Program-made: the position numbers and the translations under genes
Notes under the pieces: generated by a model
What the model was told of the DNA's origin: nothing
What the model saw: the letters and a program-made list of their open reading frames with translations, nothing else
The model's database searches: none
Origin: Dokdonella sp.
Lineage (GTDB): Bacteria; Pseudomonadota; Gammaproteobacteria; Xanthomonadales; Rhodanobacteraceae
Direction: 5' to 3'
NCBI RefSeq assembly: GCF_019634845.1
Contig: NZ_JAHCAQ010000011.1
Location: 40,525 to 104,524, forward strand
Length of the DNA: 64,000 nucleotides
Part shown: one piece after another, positions 1-8,524 of the stretch
How the letters are laid out: each line of letters begins with the position of its first letter
How positions within the stretch are numbered: the stretch's first letter is position 1

Positions 1-865
1 CCGAGTAGTCGCCCGCGATGTAGATGCGCGCCTGCGCATCCGGATCGTTCGACAGCGCCATCGCATGCACCTTGACGAATTTATTCGAGGCGCCGTTGTC
101 GATGAAATGGGTATAGCGCCCACCCGTGCCGAAGCTTGACACCAGCGCTCCCGTGGCGCGGTACAGCGCCGCCACCGCGATCACTTCACGGTGGTCGGTC
201 AGTTCGGCGGTGCCGGCGACGATAAGGCCGATGTTGCGGCGCACGACCACGCGGGTCGCGACGTCGTTGCCCGCCCCGCCCAGATTGAAGGAAATCAGAA
301 CCGTGCCGTTGACGCCGAAACCGGCGCACGGCCCCGGCTCGGGCGGGCTGTCGATGTCGACGCAGGTCACCGCAAAGTCCGTCGAGGGCAAGCTGGGCGG
401 CTTGGCGCGCCCAACGAAGTAGAACTTGCGCCCCACTGGATCGTAGGTTGCATCATTGATGACGGTCATCGGCGTCGGCACCAGCCATACGCCATCCTGG
501 AGGCCGTTCGGGCGTACGCGGATGACCGCGGCGTCGAGATAGGAATCCGTGCGCTCGTGTGCAGCCATCAGATACCAGCCGGCGCCGTTGGCATGGACGC
601 TCAAGCCCATGCCGATGTTGGCGCCCGGGTAATCAAGGTAGTAGGCCGCCATGCCGGCGCCCCAGAAGCCGCCAAAGGCAGGGTCGGGATCGAGGTCGAT
701 GCCCGGCGGCGGACCGCCAAGCACGGCGCCGCTGCCCGCCGGCGCAACCGCGGCCAACATGGGCGCATGCCAGTTCGCATCGATGTCATGCTGCGCCCAC
801 GTCTCGCCGTGGGCGCACAACAGGACGACGGCCACCGTCGCCAACCAAACTGCCTGCCGATTCAT
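1..865 (-). CDS. Secreted protein, probably beta-propeller/delta-60-repeat-like; partial, runs off the left edge
   Basis: Not in the ORF track because there is no stop in the window. Read manually: AAGGAG RBS, ATG at 865, signal-like MNRQAVWLATVAVVLLCAHGETWA, then segments LDPDPAFGG, CAGFGVNGTVLISFNLGG and GALVSSFGTGG resembling the LDxxFGxxG repeat. Confidence 0.75.
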   Translation of the reverse strand, partial: MNRQAVWLATVAVVLLCAHGETWAQHDIDANWHAPMLAAVAPAGSGAVLGGPPPGIDLDPDPAFGGFWGAGMAAYYLDYPGANIGMGLSVHANGAGWYLMAAHERTDSYLDAAVIRVRPNGLQDGVWLVPTPMTVINDATYDPVGRKFYFVGRAKPPSLPSTDFAVTCVDIDSPPEPGPCAGFGVNGTVLISFNLGGAGNDVATRVVVRRNIGLIVAGTAELTDHREVIAVAALYRATGALVSSFGTGGRYTHFIDNGASNKFVKVHAMALSNDPDAQARIYIAGDYS

Positions 866-957
866 GCCCGCTCCTTGTTCGACCACACCGGATTCGGTGC
901 TCGCGCAACAAGTGTGGAAGCGCAGCTACGGCGCGACTACTGGCAAATGCCGGTGAA

Positions 958-2079
958 TCACGGCTGGTCGTGGGCGGTGTCGGCAGCGTCCGCCGTTGTG
1001 TCCGCAGCGGCAAATGGCCGCAGATGCGCCAGCAAACCGACCAGCTCGGCCTGGCGATGGCAGTTGGTCTTGCGGAAAATCCGTTCCAGATAGGCACGCG
1101 CGGTGCTCGTGCGGATGTGGCAGCGCTGCGCCGCCAGCGCAAGGCTGGAGCCATCCGCCAGCGCGCCGGCCAGCCGGCTTTCGGCCGGCGACAAGTCGTA
1201 CAGCGCACCCAGCAACGTCGGCTCAGGTCGCCAGGGCACGGCCTCCATGCTGCCCACCACCAGCAGGACGAGGTCATGCACGAACAGGTCCAGGGCCGCA
1301 CCGGTCACTGCGGCGAGCTGCACGACGCGCGCCGGATGTGGTGGTCGTGCCGGTACCGCGATCGTGCAGGCCAGCGCACGGCCGCGCAGCATGGCCGCCA
1401 GTTGCGCGTCGGCGCGCGTATCGCCCAGCACCGCGCGATCACCCGCCCGCGTTGTCAGCAGCAGTGGATTCAGCCATGAGTTGGCGCCAACGACCCGCCC
1501 GCTGCGGTCGAGCAAAGCAGCCGGAACCGCCAATGCGCTCAGTGCGTCGAGCGTACCGCGGGCGCGCCCGAGACCCGACTCGGCAGCGATCGACACCGCA
1601 CGCTGCAGGTGCGGGCGCAGCCCCGCGAGGCGACGCAGCCGCGCCGGATCAAGCGGGCCGTCAGCGAGTTCGCGCTCGAAGCTGAGGATCATGGTGGTGC
1701 CGCTGGCGAGTGGAATCGCCGAGCCGACCTGCCACCCCAACTCGGCTTCGCGATAAGCCTGTTGAACGGGATCCGCGGCCAGGCGCTGCGGCGACATCAG
1801 ATCTTCGACACCGTGGAAATCCCGCGTGCCATCGCCGGCTCGCAGCAGATGACTTGCCGTCCGCTCGCGGCGCTGCCATACATCAGTCTGGGTCAGTCGC
1901 TCGAGCAGTGCGCGCGTACGACGCGTGGTCTGCCAGCCGGGTGGGCTGCGACCATTGCAGACCAGCAAGCTGCTGCTGGCCGCACCGATGCGCTCGCACA
2001 ACGATTCCAGCACGCTCGGCCATTGCGTTGGCACGAAGGCGGCCGCGTAAATCGCTTCCAACAGCGCTGCGCTACTCAT
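958..2079 (-). CDS. LuxR-type C-terminal HTH transcriptional regulator with GAF/PAS-like N-terminal region
   Basis: N-terminal LLEAIYAAAFVPTQWPSVL and C-terminal HTH LYDLSPAESRLAGALADG...TARAYLERIFRKTNCHRQAELV. Start placed at MSSAALLE; the ORF extends to 2145. Confidence 0.85.
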   Translation of the reverse strand: MSSAALLEAIYAAAFVPTQWPSVLESLCERIGAASSSLLVCNGRSPPGWQTTRRTRALLERLTQTDVWQRRERTASHLLRAGDGTRDFHGVEDLMSPQRLAADPVQQAYREAELGWQVGSAIPLASGTTMILSFERELADGPLDPARLRRLAGLRPHLQRAVSIAAESGLGRARGTLDALSALAVPAALLDRSGRVVGANSWLNPLLLTTRAGDRAVLGDTRADAQLAAMLRGRALACTIAVPARPPHPARVVQLAAVTGAALDLFVHDLVLLVVGSMEAVPWRPEPTLLGALYDLSPAESRLAGALADGSSLALAAQRCHIRTSTARAYLERIFRKTNCHRQAELVGLLAHLRPFAAADTTADAADTAHDQP

Positions 2080-2252
2080 TGCCAGCCCGCCCCCTGTAGG
2101 CGTTGTGGCCAGCATAGCGCCTTGCCGCAGCGACTGCCTGTGCACGCCACCCTCGATCGCGCAGTCGGCAGCGCGCGGCCCGTGGTGGCGCGCCAGCCGC
2201 TTCGCGGCAACCTTGAGTTCAACTGCCGGGGTGTCGTGCCGACACCCTCATC

Positions 2253-2777
2253 CTAGAACGGGATTTCGTCGTCGTCGGGGAAGCCGCCGCCGGGCGGTGC
2301 CGCCGCCGGCGCCTCCTGCCGCTGCGGCCGCCCACCGCCACTGGCGCGCTCGCCGCGGGCGTAGCCACCACCACCGCCACCGCCGCCACCACGACCGAAG
2401 CCGCCCTCGTCGCCGCCGCGCGCATGCCCGCCCTCACCGGCGCCGCCACCGAGCATCTGCATCTCGCTGGCAATGATGTCGGTCGTGTAGCGCTCGACGC
2501 CGTCCTTGTCGGTGTACTTGTTGGTGCGCAGCGAACCTTCGATGTAGACCTGCCGGCCCTTCTTGAGGTACTCGCCGGCGATCTCGCCGAGCTTGCCGAA
2601 CAGCACCACGCGATGCCATTCGGTGCGCTCCTGGTTCTCGCCGGTCTGCTTGTCGCGCCACTGCTCGGAGGTGGCGAGGCGGATGTTGGTGACCGCGCCG
2701 CCGGCGGTGGTGAAGCGCGTCTCGGGGTCGGCGCCGAGGTTGCCGACGAGGATGACCTTGTTGATGCCGCGTGCCAT
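2253..2777 (-). CDS. ssb: Single-stranded DNA-binding protein
   Basis: [21 protein letters not shown]-fold, Gly-rich linker, acidic tip DDDEIPF. Confidence 0.99.
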   Translation of the reverse strand: MARGINKVILVGNLGADPETRFTTAGGAVTNIRLATSEQWRDKQTGENQERTEWHRVVLFGKLGEIAGEYLKKGRQVYIEGSLRTNKYTDKDGVERYTTDIIASEMQMLGGGAGEGGHARGGDEGGFGRGGGGGGGGGYARGERASGGGRPQRQEAPAAAPPGGGFPDDDEIPF

Positions 2778-2866
2778 GGGGGGCCTCTGCGATGGAATCG
2801 GGAACACGATGCGCAGTATCGCATGGCACCCGCGACCACCGCGCGCGCCGATCGCTCAGCGGCGTG

Positions 2867-3436
2867 TCAGCCGTTGTCGACCGGCGTGGTCGGCATATCG
2901 CTCGCGCCGGGCCAGCGCCGGGTGACGCGCTGGAAGAACAGCACGTTGGGCACCCGCAGCGTGCTGCCGTCGGCTTCGAGCAGGCTGGTGTAGACCATGT
3001 TGATGTCGACCACCTCGCCCTTGAAGCCGGCCTTGTCGCCGCTTTCCGCCAGTTCGATGCGGTCGTGCAGGCGGAATGGCCGCATCACCACGATGAGCAG
3101 CGTGCAGAACAGGTTGGACAGCACGCTCCAGGCCGCAAAGAAGGCGACGGCGCCGACCGCGGCGAAACCCGTGAACGCGGTCCACAGCACCGTGCTCGAC
3201 ACGCCCATGATCTGCAGGATCACGAGCAGCGCGGCGACGTTGACCACCGTGCCGGCCACGCGCAGCGGTACCGCCATCATCTGTTCGGAAAACTGGTAGC
3301 GCTCGCGCAGGCGCCGCGCGACGCCGCGCGCCACGCGGCGCAGCAGCCACGCCACCACGAGCACGAGCAGCACGAGCGCGAGTGTCGTGAGCACGTCGAG
3401 CGAGGGATGCAGCCACTCGGGCAGAATCTGCTTCAT
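2867..3436 (-). CDS. Small-conductance mechanosensitive channel (MscS) family protein
   Basis: Three hydrophobic helices, FAAWSVLSNLF, RPFRLHDRIE, GEVVDINMVYT, VPNVLFFQ. Confidence 0.9.
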   Translation of the reverse strand: MKQILPEWLHPSLDVLTTLALVLLVLVVAWLLRRVARGVARRLRERYQFSEQMMAVPLRVAGTVVNVAALLVILQIMGVSSTVLWTAFTGFAAVGAVAFFAAWSVLSNLFCTLLIVVMRPFRLHDRIELAESGDKAGFKGEVVDINMVYTSLLEADGSTLRVPNVLFFQRVTRRWPGASDMPTTPVDNG

Positions 3437-3543
3437 CGCGTCACGATATCGGGCCGCGCCGGCACTGCCAAGCCGGGCCGGGCGCTGCCGGCGCCATCGC
3501 CGCGGCCGCTATACTTGCGCCCCCGCCCGAGCATCGCCGCCCG

Positions 3544-4545
3544 ATGTCCACCGTGTCGCCCGCTCCGCCCCGCATCGAACGCTTCGCCGACGTGCAGGCC
3601 TTGGCCGCGGGCGAGATGGCCGCGATCGACGCGCTGATCCGCCAGCGCCTGGCTTCCGACGTGGTGCTGATCAACCGCGTCGGCGAGCACATCGTCGGTG
3701 GCGGCGGCAAGCGCCTGCGGCCGATGCTGCACGTCCTGGCGGCGCGCGCCGCCGGTTACAGCGGGACATTGCATACCCAGCTCGCGGCGGTGATCGAGTT
3801 CATCCACACCTCGACCCTGCTCCACGACGACGTGGTCGACGAATCCGACCTGCGCCGCGGCCGCCAGACCGCCAACGCGGTGTGGGGCAACGCGGCCAGC
3901 GTGCTGGTTGGCGATTTCCTCTATTCGCGCTCGTTCCAGATGATGGTCGAGCTCGACAGCATGCGCATCATGCGCATTCTCGCCGACACCACCAACCGCA
4001 TCGCCGAGGGCGAGGTGCTGCAGCTGCTCAACATCGGCAATCCCGACACCACGCAGCGCGCCTACCTCGAGGTGATCGAGCGCAAGACCGCGGTGCTGTT
4101 TGCCGCCGCGACGCGGCTCGGCGCCGTGCTGGCGGGCCTGCCGCCGGCGCAGGAGGAAGCACTCGCGCGCTATGGGCTGGATCTGGGCTATGCGTTCCAG
4201 ATTGCCGACGACGTGCTCGACTACGCCTCCGACGCGCACACGCTCGGCAAGAACATCGGCGATGATCTCGCCGACGGCAAGCCGACGCTGCCGCTGATCC
4301 TCGCCATCGAGCGCAGCGCGCCGGCGCAGGCGGCGATGCTGCGCCAGGCACTGCAGGCCGCCGACCTCGCCGCGCTGCCGCAGGTGCTGGCGGCAATCCA
4401 CGCCACCGATGCCCTGGCCGCTTCGCGCGAGCGCGCGCATGCCCACGCGCGCAGCGCACGCGAGGCGCTGTCGGCACTGCCCGATTCGGCGGCACGCGCG
4501 GCGCTGGCCGTGCTCGCCGACCACGCCATCGACCGCAACCAGTGA
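3544..4545 (+). CDS. ispB: Octaprenyl/polyprenyl diphosphate synthase
   Basis: GGKRLRP, FARM LLHDDVVD..RRG, SARM FQIADDVLD, GKNIGDDL. Confidence 0.95.
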   Translation: MSTVSPAPPRIERFADVQALAAGEMAAIDALIRQRLASDVVLINRVGEHIVGGGGKRLRPMLHVLAARAAGYSGTLHTQLAAVIEFIHTSTLLHDDVVDESDLRRGRQTANAVWGNAASVLVGDFLYSRSFQMMVELDSMRIMRILADTTNRIAEGEVLQLLNIGNPDTTQRAYLEVIERKTAVLFAAATRLGAVLAGLPPAQEEALARYGLDLGYAFQIADDVLDYASDAHTLGKNIGDDLADGKPTLPLILAIERSAPAQAAMLRQALQAADLAALPQVLAAIHATDALAASRERAHAHARSAREALSALPDSAARAALAVLADHAIDRNQ

Positions 4546-4546
4546 C

Positions 4547-5332
4547 TCAGTCCCTGCCGCCGAAGGCCTCGGTGAAGAACGCACGCATCTGCGCGTAGGC
4601 GCGCCGCGCGGTGCGCTCGTCGTACTTGCAGCCGGGCGTGGCGCCGGTGGCGGTCGGGATCGCGAAGCAGTGCACCGCCCCACCATAGCTCACGAACTGC
4701 CAGTCAGCCCTGGCCGCGCGCATCTCGTCCTGGAACGCCGCGATCTGCGCCGGCGGCTCAAAGCCGTCGTCGGCGCCGTGCAGCACGAGCACGCGGGCCT
4801 TGATGGCGTCCTTGAACGACGCATCGCCGCTGAGATTGCCGTGGAACGACACCACGCCGGCGACATCGGCGCCGCTGCGCGCGAGGTCGAGCACGCCGGT
4901 GCCGCCGAAGCAGAATCCGAACGCACCCCAGTGGCGGCCATCGAGCGGCGCCTTGCCCTGCTGCGCCTTGAGCTGGGCCAGGGCCGCGTTGATGCGCGCA
5001 CGCAGCACGCCGCGATCGGCATACAGCGGCTTGACCGCGGCACTGGCCGCAGCGGCGTCCTGTGGTCGCAGCGCCGCGCCATAGACATCGGCCACGAGGA
5101 TCACGTAGTCGCGGCCGGCGATCTGGCGGGCCAGCGCGATGTTGTCGGCGCTCAGGCCGAGCCAGTCGGGCGCCATCACCAGGCCCGGGCGCGGCGTCTG
5201 CACCGCCGCATCGTAGACGAGCACGCTCTGCATCTTCGTGCCACCGACTTCGTAGTCGATCGGTCGCGTCACCATCGCGGCCTCGGCGGGTGCGGCCAGG
5301 ACCATGGCAAGGGCAAGCAGGCTGAGATGCAT
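4547..5332 (-). CDS. Dienelactone hydrolase family protein, exported
   Basis: Signal peptide MHLSLLALAMVLAAPAEA; nucleophile motif GFCFGG; LHGADD; YGGAVHCF. Confidence 0.92.
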   Translation of the reverse strand: MHLSLLALAMVLAAPAEAAMVTRPIDYEVGGTKMQSVLVYDAAVQTPRPGLVMAPDWLGLSADNIALARQIAGRDYVILVADVYGAALRPQDAAAASAAVKPLYADRGVLRARINAALAQLKAQQGKAPLDGRHWGAFGFCFGGTGVLDLARSGADVAGVVSFHGNLSGDASFKDAIKARVLVLHGADDGFEPPAQIAAFQDEMRAARADWQFVSYGGAVHCFAIPTATGATPGCKYDERTARRAYAQMRAFFTEAFGGRD

Positions 5333-5399
5333 GATCGGCTCCCGTGGCAGGCTGGAATGCCGATCATAGTCCCGCTCGCGGGCGCCGGCGGCGCCGCCG

Positions 5400-6761
5400 T
5401 CAGGCAATGCCCAGGCCCTCGATCTCGCCGATTGCAGCCGGGTCGAACCCCGCCAGTTCGGCGAAATGGCGCCCGCGCGCGGCGTAGTCGTGGTACTGGT
5501 CGAAGCTCGGCGCGCCCGGCGACAGCAGGACCACGCCACCGGTCGGCGTGAGCTCGCGGGCGCGCGCGACCGCCGCCTCGACATCGGTCGTCTCGACGAG
5601 GCGGCAGGCGCCGCCAGCCTTGCGCAACAGCGCCGCGATGCGCGGGCCGTTGGCGCCCATCGTGATCACCGCGTGCGGCGGCTGCGCACGCACATGCTCG
5701 GCAAACGCGCGCCAGTCCAGGCCACGCTCGAAACCGCCGACCAGCACGCTGACGGCCCGCCCGGGCAGACTCGCCAGCGCCTCGCAGGTCGCGCGCGGCG
5801 TGGTGGCGATGCTGTCGTCGATCCAGCCCAGCCCGCCGCGCTCGCCCAGCCACTGCAGGCGGTGCGGCAAGGCGCGGAAGCTCGCGATGGCGCCGGCCGC
5901 CGCGCCGGCATCCTCACCGGCGGCCTCGAGCGCAGCCAGCGCGGCGCACAGGTTGACCGCGTTGTGCGCGCCCGGCAATGGCGAGCGCGCGAGATCGAAC
6001 ACGGCCTGTCCGGCGCGTCGCACCCAGCCGGCCGCGACGTGCCAGCCGGCCTCGCCACCGAATGCGAGCGCGTGCGGGTGGCGCGCGGCACATGCACACA
6101 GCGCCGGCTGGCCACCGTTGTACACCAGCGTGCGCGCCGCCTGCGCCAGCGCGAGCTTGTCGGCGACGTAGCGCTCGCGCGTGCCATGCCAGTCGAGATG
6201 CTCCTCGTAGACGTTGTTGAGCACGGCCACGTCCACCGCGGCCGCATCGCGGGTCTGGAAGCTCGACAGCTCGATCACCCACCAGTCGGGCTCCTGCGGT
6301 GCATCGAGCAGGCGCAACAGTGGCAGGCCGATGTTGCCGGCCAGCGCGACGCGACGGCCGCGCGCGCGCAACAGGTGCGCGATCAGCGCCGTGACCGTGC
6401 TCTTGCCCTTGGTGCCGGTCACCGCGATCACGCGCGAACGCGGGTGTTCGGCAAACCACAGCGCCGTGCCCGAGGTGAAGCGCGTGCCGTGCCGCTCGGC
6501 GGCCTCGATCTCACCCCGGTAGCGACTCACACCGGGCGACTTGATGACGACGTCGCAGGCCGCGAGCTCGGCCGCGCTCGGCGCGTGCGTGACGACGTCG
6601 AACGGCGTCTCGTCGGGCACGTCGCACAGCTCGGCCTCACTGCAGAACAGGACCGGGCGCAGCTCGGGCAGGCGGCTGTGCAGTGCCGACAGGGCGGCGC
6701 GCCCTTCCCTGCCGCAGCCCCACACGGCCACCCGGCGTCCGGCGAGGTCAGCGATGCGCAT
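5400..6761 (-). CDS. murD2: UDP-MurNAc-L-Ala--L-Glu ligase (MurD2-type)
   Basis: KSPGV, VTGTKGKST, GNIG, ELSSFQ, EHLDWHG, LPHRL, DDSIATT, LLSPGAPSFDQY; overlaps the murL stop codon. Confidence 0.9.
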   Translation of the reverse strand: MRIADLAGRRVAVWGCGREGRAALSALHSRLPELRPVLFCSEAELCDVPDETPFDVVTHAPSAAELAACDVVIKSPGVSRYRGEIEAAERHGTRFTSGTALWFAEHPRSRVIAVTGTKGKSTVTALIAHLLRARGRRVALAGNIGLPLLRLLDAPQEPDWWVIELSSFQTRDAAAVDVAVLNNVYEEHLDWHGTRERYVADKLALAQAARTLVYNGGQPALCACAARHPHALAFGGEAGWHVAAGWVRRAGQAVFDLARSPLPGAHNAVNLCAALAALEAAGEDAGAAAGAIASFRALPHRLQWLGERGGLGWIDDSIATTPRATCEALASLPGRAVSVLVGGFERGLDWRAFAEHVRAQPPHAVITMGANGPRIAALLRKAGGACRLVETTDVEAAVARARELTPTGGVVLLSPGAPSFDQYHDYAARGRHFAELAGFDPAAIGEIEGLGIA

Positions 6762-8106
6762 CGAACACATACGGCACGAGTCGGGCGGGAATGCGGTGCT
6801 CGCCGCAAGGCGCGAGTTGGGCGTCGAGCGCGAGCGAGCGCGGATCGAGTTGCGGCGCGATCTCGCGGCGGAAGCGCGCCACCAGCGCGTCCTCGCTCCA
6901 TTCGGCGCGCGCGGCCAGTGCGGCGAAGGCGGCGCGCGACTCCTGCCCCTCGCCCACGCACTCGAACGGCTTGTGGTCGCGGTATTCGATCAGCGCATCG
7001 AAGCCCGCCGACAGTGTCTCGTCGTCGAGCAGGTTGCGGCCGAAGATCGCGAGCAGGCGCGGCTTGGGCATGAACGGTGCGAGCGCGAGGAACACGAAGT
7101 GGCACTTCGGACACTGGCCGCACCAGCGGTCGGCAGGCCGCGGCCCGAGGATGCGGAAATTGCGGTTGCAACTGGAAAACACCGCGTCGTAGGCCGTGCT
7201 GCGCGCGAAGCGCTGCGCCACGGCCAGCTCCGACAGCGGCCGCAGCAGCGAGTAGTAATGCAGCCGCGGATCGATGCGCGCGGCGATCACCTCGCCCACG
7301 GCGCGTTCGAACGCCCAACCCTTGCTCCACTGATGGTTGACCGCCTGCCCGTCGTATTCGAGCGTCGCGCTCGATGCCGAACGCTCGTTGGAGAAGGCGA
7401 TGGCGTCGAATCCGTACAGCACCGCCGCCACCACGAGGATGGCCGAGTTGATCGCGGTGACCGGAATGTGGCCGTTGTAAGCACCGGCCTTGTTGTATTC
7501 GAACAGCACCGGCGACAGCTCGCGGCCGATGTTGAGCGTGGCCAGCCCGGTGCGCGCCGCGCAGGCTTCGATCAGTGGCGAGTTGCCGATCCAGACCGCC
7601 GTCGCATCGACGCCGGCGGCCTTCAGCAGCTCGACACTGACAAGCGAGTCCTTGCCACCACCGATCGGCACCAGGGTGCGTGCCGCTGCCGGCGCGGCGC
7701 TGCCCGCGGGCGCTGCCGCAACCGCCGCTGGCGCCGCGACCGGAAAGCGGATGCGGCCGCGCAGATCGAGCCGATTGTGGTAGGCGAACTCGCCCAGGCC
7801 GTGCAGGTACAAGGTGTCGAGGAACGCCGCCGTCGCGGCGTCGGGCGTGTGCGACTCGACGGCGATCCCGGCCGGGACACCCGCCTTGAAGTAGCTGATG
7901 CCGGCAATCAGGTGCAGCAGATCGAGCGCGGCGTCGAACCCCGCGCGGCGTTCGGCGGCGATCGGCGGCGCAGCCGGAAACGTCACGCGCTCGACGAGCT
8001 CGGGGCCGTCATCGAATGCATACACGAGGCATGCCACGCCATCGGCGTACTCACGCCGCACGAAGCGGAAGCAGCGCGCCGTGCGCGGATCGACCAAACT
8101 GTTCAC
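6748..8106 (-). CDS. murL: UDP-MurNAc-L-Ala-L-Glu epimerase
   Basis: AGISYFKAG, GLGEFAY, PP-loop GGGKDS, NGHIPVTA, SNERSAS, VNHQWSK, SSCNRNF, WCGQCPKC, HKPFECVG. GTG start at 8106; the extension to 8511 appears to be non-coding. Confidence 0.92.
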   Translation of the reverse strand: MNSLVDPRTARCFRFVRREYADGVACLVYAFDDGPELVERVTFPAAPPIAAERRAGFDAALDLLHLIAGISYFKAGVPAGIAVESHTPDAATAAFLDTLYLHGLGEFAYHNRLDLRGRIRFPVAAPAAVAAAPAGSAAPAAARTLVPIGGGKDSLVSVELLKAAGVDATAVWIGNSPLIEACAARTGLATLNIGRELSPVLFEYNKAGAYNGHIPVTAINSAILVVAAVLYGFDAIAFSNERSASSATLEYDGQAVNHQWSKGWAFERAVGEVIAARIDPRLHYYSLLRPLSELAVAQRFARSTAYDAVFSSCNRNFRILGPRPADRWCGQCPKCHFVFLALAPFMPKPRLLAIFGRNLLDDETLSAGFDALIEYRDHKPFECVGEGQESRAAFAALAARAEWSEDALVARFRREIAPQLDPRSLALDAQLAPCGEHRIPARLVPYVFDAHR

Positions 8107-8110
8107 CGCA

Positions 8111-8264
8111 GCCCCCTCACCCTGCCCCCGCCCCAGAGGCGAGAGGGGAAACCCGCGGCAACGTCGCCGCCTGCACCTTCGGAGCACGCGCTGATCTCCC
8201 TCTCCCCATCGCAGCACCCGCTCGTCGCCCGCTCCCCGCCGGGGCGAGGGCTGGGGCGAGGGGC
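8111..8264. repeat. Inverted pair of REP-like palindromic elements (CCCTCACCC...CCC...GGGAGAGGG type)
   Basis: 8111-8148 gccccctcaccctgcccccgccccagaggcgagagggg; the reverse complement of 8228-8264 reads gcccctcgccccagccctcgccccggcggggagcggg. Confidence 0.7.
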
Positions 8265-8524
8265 CGGCCGCAGCGCAACGCCGCAGCCTTCGCTGTCCGA
8301 GCGCGCAGGCCGACAGCAGCAGCACCGCGCGTCGGTTGCGTTCGTTGTCGCAGCAAGGAGCGCGCGCCGCGCAAGCGCATGACGGCACTGCCTGCGCCGT
8401 GCGGATCGGCCACGCCCATGGCACGCGCGCGTCGACCGCAAGCGTGCTCGCAGCCACGGACACCTGCCGCACCATGGCGGGAACGATGCCGATCGCGCTG
8501 CCGAATTGCACAACCGCGCGCGCA

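Noticed and set aside
2360..2395. (cca/ccg)n triplet repeat
   Set aside because: It encodes the normal Gly-rich linker of SSB.
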